32,000 nucleotides of DNA from Sedimentisphaera cyanobacteriorum (GTDB taxonomy: Bacteria; Planctomycetota; Phycisphaerae; Sedimentisphaerales; Sedimentisphaeraceae). Below, one piece after another: positions 1-6,905 of this stretch. Made by a program: the position numbers and the translations under genes. The notes under the pieces are model-generated. The model saw only the letters and a list, made by a program, of their open reading frames with translations, was not told the origin of the DNA and did not search any database. The stretch is from assembly GCF_001997385.1 (NCBI RefSeq), contig NZ_CP019633.1, forward strand, positions 1,950,001 through 1,982,000, in the 5' to 3' direction. The first letter of the stretch is position 1, and each line of letters starts with the position of its first letter.

Positions 1-141
1 AGCGGTACTATGACAGGCATAAAAGCGCTTGCAGGATACTGCTTTACTGATTCGGGAACGTACATATTCTCGATAATTACCAATAATGCCAACGGGCATA
101 CAAGAAAAGCAATAAACGATATTGTGAAATCTGTTTTTTAG
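1..141 (+). CDS. C-terminal fragment of a PBP4/DacB-like D-alanyl-D-alanine carboxypeptidase/endopeptidase (5' end outside the window)
   Basis: Frame 1 is open from base 1 to the TAG at 139-141. It reads SGTMTGIKALAGYCFTDSGTYIFSIITNNANGHTRKAINDIVKSVF. The GT..G...LAGY...F.SI..N pattern resembles the C-terminal end of peptidase S13 family proteins. It is absent from the ORF track because it has no start codon in the window. Confidence 0.5.
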   Translation, partial: SGTMTGIKALAGYCFTDSGTYIFSIITNNANGHTRKAINDIVKSVF

Positions 142-158
142 AAGCAGAAGGAATATTT

Positions 159-455
159 ATGCTAGTACACTCAGTATTTTTCTGGCTCAAGGAAGACCTC
201 TCCGAGGCCGAGCTGTATCTTTTCAGGGAAAAGCTCGAAACGCTCAAGCAGATACCTGCCGCTCATTCGGTTTATATCGGCACTCCAGCAAGCACCGACC
301 GGCCGGTGATAGACAGGAGCTACGATTTCGCTCTTACGGTTGTGTTCGAGGACATCGGCAAACACGATAAGTACCAGACAGACCCGCTGCACAAAACATT
401 CCTCAACGAATGCAGCAATATGTTCGAGAAGGTGCTGATTTACGACGCTGATTAG
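159..455 (+). CDS. Dabb (stress-responsive alpha/beta barrel) family protein
   Basis: The 98-aa ORF begins MLVHSVFFWLKED and ends with a ..H..F.. segment, typical of single-domain Dabb proteins. A hairpin plus T-tract follows immediately. Confidence 0.75.
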   Translation: MLVHSVFFWLKEDLSEAELYLFREKLETLKQIPAAHSVYIGTPASTDRPVIDRSYDFALTVVFEDIGKHDKYQTDPLHKTFLNECSNMFEKVLIYDAD

Positions 456-500
456 CTTATAAGCAGGCTCTCTGAGTTTGCCTGTATAAGCCGTTTTTTT
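455..500 (+). terminator. Rho-independent terminator after the Dabb gene
   Basis: GCTTATAAGCAGGC...GCCTGTATAAGC forms an imperfect stem with a 2-nt bulge. It is followed by CGTTTTTTT. Confidence 0.5.
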
Positions 501-537
501 ATCAGCGCCGCAGATTATCAATTTCCATTGAGCGAGT

Positions 538-1986
538 TTAATACTTCGCCACAAACCCTTTGTCTGATTCGAGATTTACGAAGAAGTAGCGAAGGGCATC
601 GATGTAATGGTCGTATATCCCATCTTTTTCCGGAAGTTCATCGCCGGTGCATTTAGCGGGGTAATGATAGCTTTCCATCGCCTCAATAAGGTTTACGCAG
701 GAGCGGTCTATAAAGAGCCTTGGCCTTCCTGCTGCATTTCTAATATGCTGCCTTATCATCTCGAGTCCCGGGGCGATTCGGCTGGCCTTCCACCTGAGAT
801 TTATCCCTTGCTTGCGGAATTCGCTTACAACGCTTGTTCCGCTAATCTGAGATGTCTGGGAGCCTGCCGGGTCGCAGAATGTTCCCGCAAGGCTCGCTGT
901 TTTGGGCGTAAGCTTTCGAACATTTTCGCAGTTTACAGCAGCGGTTTTCTGCCTTGCCACATATTCTTTGATCACAAAAACATTCCCCGCGCTGTCCTGC
1001 TCTATCCAGAGGCATACAAACGGATTCACGAAGCCGAAATCTATAGAGCGAAAGAGCCTTCTCGCTGCGCTGAAATCCTGCCTGCATACATTCACGCTCC
1101 TCTCGAACGAGGGGAAAACGCACCTGCTTGCCGAAGGCTTTCTGCACAGCATCTCCGATTCCCAGCTGCTCCTGCTTGCCCTGTTCATCTGAGATACAGC
1201 ATCGTCTATGCGGTAGTAGCCTCCGGCATCTTTTGCAATGCCGCGGCAGTCTTCCCAGAGCGGGCAGCTTGAGCAGGTTCTCTCGGTGCATTTTTCGATT
1301 ACATCCCAGAGATTCCATCTAAATACGGGCATACAGGCTTTTTTTGCCGTGCTTACCGCCTCGGACATTATCCCGTACGGTTCGTGCATTGTGGATGCGG
1401 CCTCCATGGCAGACGTTATGCCATTGCCGGATTTTGTTATATACTGAGCAGCCTGATAAACCTCCGGATCGAAAAGTTCGATCTCATCGCAGCGGAGCTT
1501 ATGTATATGCCTTCCCCGCACGTTCCTTGAAGACTGAGTGAGCACTTCTACACTGCTTGAATTCTCAAGCCTGAGCGAGCTTTTGGTAATCTTTCCGCTG
1601 AGCATATCGGGGAATCCCTCTTCCATAAACCGGGCAGCATATTCATACATCCGCCTTGCCTGTTCCTGCGAGCCTGAGAGGATTTTGATGCTGCAGCCCG
1701 GGCGAAGCACGGCATCCAGCACAGTTAGCACTGCTCCGCAGAGAGTTTTTCCTCCGCCCCTGTTTGCCCACACCAGACAGTCGCCGTTTGGCCTTCCTTC
1801 AAGCTCGGTGGAGTATGCATGCCAGAGATAATCGAAGGGGCTTGCTGCACCCGAGAGGCTTTTATCAGGCAGGGATACCCCGAGAAAAGTTTTTATGTAG
1901 CCCTTGAGCTGTTTGCGGTTTTTTGGAGGCTCAGTTCTAAGCGCAGAGAGAACCGAGCTCAAATGGTTTTCGTTTTGAGTTTTCAT
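538..1986 (-). CDS. Phage terminase large subunit (TerL)
   Basis: The 482-aa ORF has a Walker A-like ANRGGGKT and a Walker B LRCDEIELFD. The C-terminal RNaseH-like nuclease part has acidic motifs SIDFGF, FCDPAG and DHYIDALRY. There is a Cys-rich insert CTERTCSSCPLWEDC. RBS GGAGAAGGA lies upstream of the ATG. Confidence 0.85.
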   Translation of the reverse strand: MKTQNENHLSSVLSALRTEPPKNRKQLKGYIKTFLGVSLPDKSLSGAASPFDYLWHAYSTELEGRPNGDCLVWANRGGGKTLCGAVLTVLDAVLRPGCSIKILSGSQEQARRMYEYAARFMEEGFPDMLSGKITKSSLRLENSSSVEVLTQSSRNVRGRHIHKLRCDEIELFDPEVYQAAQYITKSGNGITSAMEAASTMHEPYGIMSEAVSTAKKACMPVFRWNLWDVIEKCTERTCSSCPLWEDCRGIAKDAGGYYRIDDAVSQMNRASRSSWESEMLCRKPSASRCVFPSFERSVNVCRQDFSAARRLFRSIDFGFVNPFVCLWIEQDSAGNVFVIKEYVARQKTAAVNCENVRKLTPKTASLAGTFCDPAGSQTSQISGTSVVSEFRKQGINLRWKASRIAPGLEMIRQHIRNAAGRPRLFIDRSCVNLIEAMESYHYPAKCTGDELPEKDGIYDHYIDALRYFFVNLESDKGFVAKY

Positions 1987-2023
1987 TTTTCCTTCTCCTC
2001 AACATTTTTTCTATTCAGGGCAG

Positions 2024-2461
2024 CTAACTGCCCAGATTCTCTAACGCTTCGATGCGTTTGATATGCCTTCCGCCTTCAAATTCAGTGCTGAGCCATATAT
2101 CCACGATTTCATAAGCGGCCTCTATCGAGATCATTCTCTCACCTATAGCGAGCATATTTGCGTTGTTGTGCATACGGGAGAGCCTTGCGGTTCTGTTGTT
2201 CCAGCAGAGCGCGCAGCGGATTGCCCTGATCTTGTTGGCGGCTATAGCCTCGCCGTTGCCGCTGCCTCCAAGAACAATGCCTCTATCGCAAATTCCCTCC
2301 GAAACGGCTCTTGCTGCAGGGATTATGAAATCCGGATAACTGCAACACTGTTTAGTGTATGTACCGAAGTCTTTAACAGCCCAGCCGTTTTCACTGAGAT
2401 ACTCTTTGATCTTTTCTTTGTACTTAAAACCTGCGTGGTCTGATGCTAATGCTATTTTCAT
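2024..2461 (-). CDS. rpiB: Ribose-5-phosphate isomerase B (RpiB/LacA/LacB family)
   Basis: The 145-aa ORF starts MKIALASDHAGFKYKEKI and contains GSGNGEAIAANK and a C-terminal GGRHIKRI. These are typical RpiB motifs and length. Confidence 0.9.
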   Translation of the reverse strand: MKIALASDHAGFKYKEKIKEYLSENGWAVKDFGTYTKQCCSYPDFIIPAARAVSEGICDRGIVLGGSGNGEAIAANKIRAIRCALCWNNRTARLSRMHNNANMLAIGERMISIEAAYEIVDIWLSTEFEGGRHIKRIEALENLGS

Positions 2462-2543
2462 AATTCTAACTCATTTTGATGATAACCATTTTACCGTTCT
2501 GAAAAGCGGCGATTATATCGAAAACAAATTTTATTTCACCTTC

Positions 2544-2918
2544 TTATTCCGCCAAAATTTCAAGCAGTTTTGCCTTTTTCTCCTCGCTCAGGGTTGGGCC
2601 AGAAGATTCCTGTCTGCATTGCAGGAGCTCTTTCCTAAGCTGCATAATGTCGATGCAGGCTTTTCTTGCCGTTTCTTCTTTGTCGCAGCATGCAAGGCCG
2701 GCAAGCTTCTCCGCCGCAGTTAGGCCTGCCTTCGCAAGAACGACTTGGGTAAGCAGGTTCACGGTTTCAATCTTATTCAGCATCTCTTCACGGCAGTTCT
2801 CATTTTTCAGACGCTTGTCGAGGGCCTTTATGCTGAGCTGGTTTTTCTCGAAAGCCTCTTCAAGGCTGATTGCAGGTTCGAAAATCTCGGCAATAAAGGT
2901 TTCCATTTTTTTGCTCAT
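2544..2918 (-). CDS. Hypothetical helical protein, possible terminase small subunit (Terminase_2/P27-like pattern)
   Basis: The 124-aa ORF has an ATGA start/stop overlap with the upstream gene. The N-terminal FIAEIF..ISLEEAFEKNQLSIKALDKRLKNENCREEM resembles the HTH region of small terminases (F..eYl..n...Aa..aGys...a...rLlkn..v). Position upstream of TerL is consistent. The call rests on pattern memory only. Confidence 0.4.
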   Translation of the reverse strand: MSKKMETFIAEIFEPAISLEEAFEKNQLSIKALDKRLKNENCREEMLNKIETVNLLTQVVLAKAGLTAAEKLAGLACCDKEETARKACIDIMQLRKELLQCRQESSGPTLSEEKKAKLLEILAE

Positions 2919-3637
2919 TTTTCCGCCTCTCTGATAAGTTTTGGGTTTTTGATAAAAAAGCAGTATTCGGGTTTAAGCTCGAGCTTCTCAACTGCCTTTT
3001 CGAGAATCTCTCCTTCAGCCCTTCGGGATAGAGAGCCGTAGCTCTTGAGAAGATTTACTGCTGCTCTTTGAATCTTTTCTTTCTGTGCGTATGAGGCATT
3101 CTCGAGAGCTTTCTTTCTTTGGGCTTTTGATGTCCGGGCGAGTGGAATCCTGTTTTGAGTGAGCAGTGCTTTCAAACGCATCTTTTTCTCGCTCTCAGCA
3201 GGCCTGCACCTCTTGAAACCCGCAGAGGCAAACAGATTCCCCAGCCTTGCAGATGCGCTCAGCGCCTCAACGCAGCCTGCACTGCAGAATTGTACGGTTT
3301 TGATCAGAAATTTTCTTCCGATGCCCAGCCCGCGGTATTCCGGGAGTATTACAATTCTCGAGACAATCCTGAAATGAGCGTTTACCGCTCTCAGCCTTTG
3401 GCCGCCGGCCTGCGGGAAGCGTTTTAAGAGTTTACCGAAAACAGCGTTCCTGCCGGCACAGTTTGCAGGCGGGTAGGAGAATGTGATAATTCCGGCCTTC
3501 TCGCCTGCAATCCCTCGAAGCAGAAAAGCCTCGCACACCAGCCCGGGACGTGAGGCGCAGTAGTGCCATCTTTCGAAACCGTCATACTCCTCTGCGCCGC
3601 AGCGACGGATAACCAGCTCTGGCAGTTCAATAAGCAT
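2915..3637 (-). CDS. GNAT-fold (acyl-CoA N-acyltransferase-like) protein with an N-terminal ERWHY motif and a basic helical C-terminal extension
   Basis: The 240-aa ORF contains RIVILPEYRGLGIGRKFL, which carries the canonical GNAT motif A (R-x-x-G-x-G). An upstream FERWHYCASRPG...AGIITFSYPP resembles Mom-like/phage GNATs. Strong RBS AAGGAGG. It overlaps the ATPase stop by 11 nt. Confidence 0.6.
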   Translation of the reverse strand: MLIELPELVIRRCGAEEYDGFERWHYCASRPGLVCEAFLLRGIAGEKAGIITFSYPPANCAGRNAVFGKLLKRFPQAGGQRLRAVNAHFRIVSRIVILPEYRGLGIGRKFLIKTVQFCSAGCVEALSASARLGNLFASAGFKRCRPAESEKKMRLKALLTQNRIPLARTSKAQRKKALENASYAQKEKIQRAAVNLLKSYGSLSRRAEGEILEKAVEKLELKPEYCFFIKNPKLIREAEK

Positions 3638-4280
3638 TTGCCCCTCCTTTCCGTCTCACTTCCGGCCTGCCTGTTCGGCTGAGCGTAATTACCACTTCGG
3701 GAATAAGGAATTTTTCAAGCTCTTGACGAGTTGTGCACAGTATAAAGCTCTTTCGGGTTCTCAGGGCTTCAAGACGCAGCTTTGCTGAGAGAAGTTTGGC
3801 CTGAGTGCAGTCGAGACTGCTGCAGAATTCATCGCAGATAATCGTTTGCTCATTCCTGCTAAGCGCAACGGCAAGGCGAAAACGGAACTTCTCCCCAACG
3901 CTGAGAGCGCTGAAAGGCTTAATCATGCTCCAAGCATTTGCAAGGCCTGTTTCTCTAAGTCTTTTCATGCCGCCGGTAAGCGTGGGGAAGCAGTCTATAA
4001 TGCTGCATTGCCTGCTGAATTCGAGGCCATCTAAATCCGTAAAGCTCTCCTCCGGCAGCGAGCTTTTGATGCTCGAAAGCAGGGTGGATTTCCCCGCTCC
4101 GCTCGGCCCTTTAATCAGCACTATCTCCGCCTCAGAGAAGCTGAAATCAACCTTCAGGCGAAACTTCTCGCTCAAGCGGCTTTCGCTTATCCCGAAGGTT
4201 TGCATTATTATCCCGCTTCTCCTGCTGAGTGAGTATCTTCTGGGGATAGACGAATCAATTTGAATCTTTTTTCGTTTCAC
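3627..4280 (-). CDS. Soluble ABC-type ATPase with no transmembrane partner
   Basis: The 217-aa ORF has Walker A GPSGAGKSTLL, a degenerate signature LSVGEKFRFRLAVAL, and Walker B/D-loop IICDEFCSSLD. The GTG start overlaps the TGA of the upstream HTH gene (GTGA). Confidence 0.75.
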   Translation of the reverse strand: MKRKKIQIDSSIPRRYSLSRRSGIIMQTFGISESRLSEKFRLKVDFSFSEAEIVLIKGPSGAGKSTLLSSIKSSLPEESFTDLDGLEFSRQCSIIDCFPTLTGGMKRLRETGLANAWSMIKPFSALSVGEKFRFRLAVALSRNEQTIICDEFCSSLDCTQAKLLSAKLRLEALRTRKSFILCTTRQELEKFLIPEVVITLSRTGRPEVRRKGGANAY

Positions 4281-4666
4281 CGTTCAGCCCCCGCTTTCTT
4301 CTTTTTGTAAATTTCAGCGAGCCTGATATGCTTTCTAACTCTGTATTCTGAGCATCTGCGATTTTTGCTTATCTCGCGAATGCTCATCCCGCGAAGGAAA
4401 TAATCTCTTGCGATCGCCCCGCCCAGCGTGCTGCGGGGGTAGCAGGCGTTGTAGTTTCTGAGCCGTTTGAGCAGTTTTCTGATTCTGCTCGAGATGGTCT
4501 GGCGGCATTTTCTGCGAGATTTTGCCAGATTTGTGATGCTTCTGCCCTCAAGGAAGTACTGCTCTATAAGCTTTCGGTCTTTTCGTTTGAGTCCGCGGGC
4601 AGCTCTGAGCATATCTTCCACTTTCTCACGCATGGCTTGGCGGTGGTCGTAAAGATTTTCATCCAT
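4277..4666 (-). CDS. Small DNA-binding protein with two tandem sigma-70 region 4/LuxR-like HTH repeats
   Basis: The 129-aa ORF has an internal duplication: LIEQYFLEGRSITNLAKSRRKCRQTISSRIRKLL and IARDYFLRGMSIREISKNRRCSEYRVRKHIRLAEIY. RBS GGAGGAG. It is the first gene of the minus-strand operon. Confidence 0.7.
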   Translation of the reverse strand: MDENLYDHRQAMREKVEDMLRAARGLKRKDRKLIEQYFLEGRSITNLAKSRRKCRQTISSRIRKLLKRLRNYNACYPRSTLGGAIARDYFLRGMSIREISKNRRCSEYRVRKHIRLAEIYKKKKAGAER

Positions 4667-4720
4667 TTTTCTCTCTCCTCCGAAAAATTAACATTTATTT
4701 TTACCTCACCCCGTATGTTA

Positions 4721-4766
4721 TTAAGCAAATGCTTAACTTTAAGAAAAAAGTTAGATATTTGCTTAA
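4721..4766. promoter_or_regulatory. Candidate operator: perfect palindrome TTAAGCA-AA-TGCTTAA plus a third TGCTTAA half-site
   Basis: TTAAGCAAATGCTTAA at 4721-4736 is a perfect 7-bp inverted repeat. ATTTGCTTAA recurs at 4757-4766. It lies about 55-100 bp upstream of the HTH gene start, in the AT-rich divergent intergenic region. Confidence 0.3.
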
Positions 4767-4937
4767 TATTATTTCTGCATTAACGCAGTTAAAACTGAAA
4801 TCAGTTACAATATTGTATTTATATGCAAATATTAAAACAAATTTGTAGCATACTTTTTTGGTGAAAATTTTTATTTTATTTAGTAAGTACTTTTATTGCA
4901 GGTGTTTGCAGCGTATTTTGCTTTTTTCGTTTTGTTT

Positions 4938-4952
4938 TGGCACATCAATTGT
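4938..4952 (+). promoter_or_regulatory. Sigma-54 (-24/-12)-like promoter upstream of amtB-glnK
   Basis: TGGCACatcaaTTGT matches TGGCAC-N5-TTGC with correct spacing and one mismatch (final C->T). It lies about 74 nt upstream of the amtB ATG. Nitrogen-regulated amtB-glnK operons are often RpoN dependent. Confidence 0.4.
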
Positions 4953-5025
4953 AACAGCAGGTTTGAAAAGTTAAAAAAGCTCGCTTCCAATTTGTATTTT
5001 TGTCCCTTTTTGAAAGGAGAGTTCT

Positions 5026-6396
5026 ATGAAGAACAAAGTTACAACTGCTGCAATTGTTCTGCTGCTTGCAGGTACGTTATCTGCGGCAGAGCCGGCTGCG
5101 GACGCCGGCGGCCTCGTCGAACTGAAGGCCGAACTGCAGAACAACCTAAACATTGTATGGACGTGCATCGCAGCGTTTCTGGTATTCTTTATGCAGCCGG
5201 GATTTGCGATGGTTGAGGCAGGGTTCACAAGAGCGAAAAATTCAGTGAACATCATAATGAAAAACCTGATGGATTTTTCACTCGGCACCCTCACCTTTTT
5301 CTTTCTCGGATTCGGACTTATGTTCGGGGAAACGAACGGTTTTTTCGGCACATCTGATTTTATGATAGCCGGCTCACAAGGCGACCCTGCAAGCTGGGAC
5401 TGGACGTTCCTGATCTTCCAGACTGTATTCGCAGGCACTGCAGCAACGATTGTATCCGGTGCTATGGCCGGCAGGACTAAGTTCCGCTCTTATATGTTCT
5501 ACAGCGTCCTGATATGCGGACTTATCTATCCGATCTCAGGGTCTTGGGCGTGGGGCGGCCTTGCCAACGGCAGCGGATGGCTCGAAAACCTCGGCAGCGG
5601 CTTCACAGATTTCGCAGGCTCAAGCGTAGTGCATTCTGTAGGCGGATGGCTCGCTCTTGCAGGTGCGATAGTTCTCGGCCCGAGGCTCGGGAAGTACGGC
5701 CCTGACGGAAAGCCCAAGGCTATCCCGGGACACAACATCACCCTCGCTGCCTTAGGCGTTTTTATCCTCTGGTTCGGATGGTTCGGGTTTAACCCGGGCT
5801 CAACCACCATCGGCGACGGCGAGATTGGCAGGGTTGCAGTAACCACGAACCTCTCAGCCGCTATGGGAGCTATCGCAGCTATGGCGACAGTTTGGATGGT
5901 AAACGGCAAGCCCGATGCTTCAATGAGTCTCAACGGGGCTCTGGCGGGGCTGGTAGCAATAACAGCAGGCTGCTACACTGTTACCCCGTTTGGAGCTGTC
6001 ATAATCGGATTATGTGCAGGCGTGATCGTGGTATTCAGCGTGTACTTATTCGACAGGCTCAAGATCGACGACCCAGTTGGTGCGGTGTCCGTACACGGGG
6101 TATGCGGGGCATTCGGCACAATAGCCTGCGGGCTTTTCAATGCTGAGGCAGCCCTCGGACTCGCCGAAACCAGTACCGGCCTTTTCTACGGCGGCGGAGC
6201 AGGCAAGCTCGGTGTTCAGCTCGTGGGAACTGCGGCATACTTCATCTGGGCATTCGGAATTGGATTTTTGATGTTCTCTGCAATTAAGTACACTGTAGGG
6301 CTGAGAGTGAGCAGGGATGAAGAGCTCAAAGGGCTCGATATTACCGAACACGGAAACGAAGCCTATGCAGGGTTCCAGGTCTTCAGCACTACATAA
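5026..6396 (+). CDS. amtB: Ammonium transporter (Amt family) with signal peptide
   Basis: The 456-aa ORF contains FFMQPGFAMVEAGFTRAKN, DFAGSSVVHSVGGW and VHGVCGAFGT (twin-His pore motifs). RBS GAAAGGAG. Confidence 0.95.
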   Translation: MKNKVTTAAIVLLLAGTLSAAEPAADAGGLVELKAELQNNLNIVWTCIAAFLVFFMQPGFAMVEAGFTRAKNSVNIIMKNLMDFSLGTLTFFFLGFGLMFGETNGFFGTSDFMIAGSQGDPASWDWTFLIFQTVFAGTAATIVSGAMAGRTKFRSYMFYSVLICGLIYPISGSWAWGGLANGSGWLENLGSGFTDFAGSSVVHSVGGWLALAGAIVLGPRLGKYGPDGKPKAIPGHNITLAALGVFILWFGWFGFNPGSTTIGDGEIGRVAVTTNLSAAMGAIAAMATVWMVNGKPDASMSLNGALAGLVAITAGCYTVTPFGAVIIGLCAGVIVVFSVYLFDRLKIDDPVGAVSVHGVCGAFGTIACGLFNAEAALGLAETSTGLFYGGGAGKLGVQLVGTAAYFIWAFGIGFLMFSAIKYTVGLRVSRDEELKGLDITEHGNEAYAGFQVFSTT

Positions 6397-6417
6397 GCTT
6401 TAATAAAAGGAGAAATT

Positions 6418-6762
6418 ATGATGAAACTAATAATTGCATACATACAGCCTCACGCACTTGAAGCGGTGAAGGAAGAGCTTTCCAAGAAGGATATCGCAAA
6501 GATGAGCGTTACAAACTCGCTCGGCTGCGGAGCACAAATGGGATATCACGAAAGCTACAGAGGCGTTGAGTTTGATGTGAACCTCTTAAAGAAAGTTCGC
6601 CTCGAGATTGCTGTCAACGATGAGTTTGCAGATGCTGCAGTCGAAGCTATCACAAATGCAGCAAGAACAGGCGAGATCGGAGACGGAAAAATTTTCATAA
6701 TCAACCTCGAGGAATGTATCAGGATAAGAACAGGACAAAAAGGGCCGGAAGCAATTGGGTAA
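6418..6762 (+). CDS. glnK: Nitrogen regulatory protein P-II
   Basis: The 114-aa ORF has a T-loop with the conserved ...ESYRGVEF... (Tyr51 equivalent) and the C-terminal signature [11 protein letters not shown]. It starts 21 nt after amtB, which is the classic amtB-glnK pairing. Confidence 0.95.
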   Translation: MMKLIIAYIQPHALEAVKEELSKKDIAKMSVTNSLGCGAQMGYHESYRGVEFDVNLLKKVRLEIAVNDEFADAAVEAITNAARTGEIGDGKIFIINLEECIRIRTGQKGPEAIG

Positions 6763-6772
6763 GGCCTTTAAC

Positions 6773-6808
6773 GGGCTCCTCTTCTCTGACGGGGGAGCCC
6801 TAAATTTT
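6773..6808 (+). terminator. Rho-independent terminator of amtB-glnK
   Basis: GGGCTCC (6773-6779) pairs with GGAGCCC (6794-6800) and is followed by TAAATTTT. The IS left end starts 3 nt later. Confidence 0.6.
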
Positions 6809-6810
6809 GA

Positions 6811-6830
6811 TAACGTCCCAAAGTTTGTGG
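6811..6830. repeat. IS left terminal inverted repeat
   Basis: TAACGTCCCAAAGTTTGTGG is the exact reverse complement of 8241-8260. Confidence 0.9.
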
Positions 6831-6905
6831 ATAAATTGCAAAAGGCTTGAGAAGTGATATAGTGTTATAGATAAGATAATACTTTTATCACAGGAGTCTC
6901 AAGCC

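Noticed and set aside
527-539. ATTGAGCGAGTTT (527-539, overlapping the TerL stop) resembles ATTGAGCAGTTT (14347-14358, about 100 bp upstream of the portal start). This could be a direct repeat bracketing the whole phage-derived segment.
   Set aside because: It is only 12-13 nt, has an indel, and does not extend on either side. It may well be a chance match, and I cannot assess significance without a genome-wide search. It is worth re-checking only if comparative data suggest these are element boundaries.
607-1272. 221-aa plus-strand ORF, along with other ORFs at 171-554, 842-1318, 902-1192 and 1128-1831
   Set aside because: These are antisense or out-of-frame shadows of the Dabb and TerL genes. 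They have no RBS, an odd Cys/Arg/Pro-rich composition and no recognisable motifs.
4938-5025. Glutamine (glnA-motif) riboswitch in the amtB leader
   Set aside because: I could not find the conserved core elements of that motif in the short leader. Only the sigma-54-like promoter is proposed.
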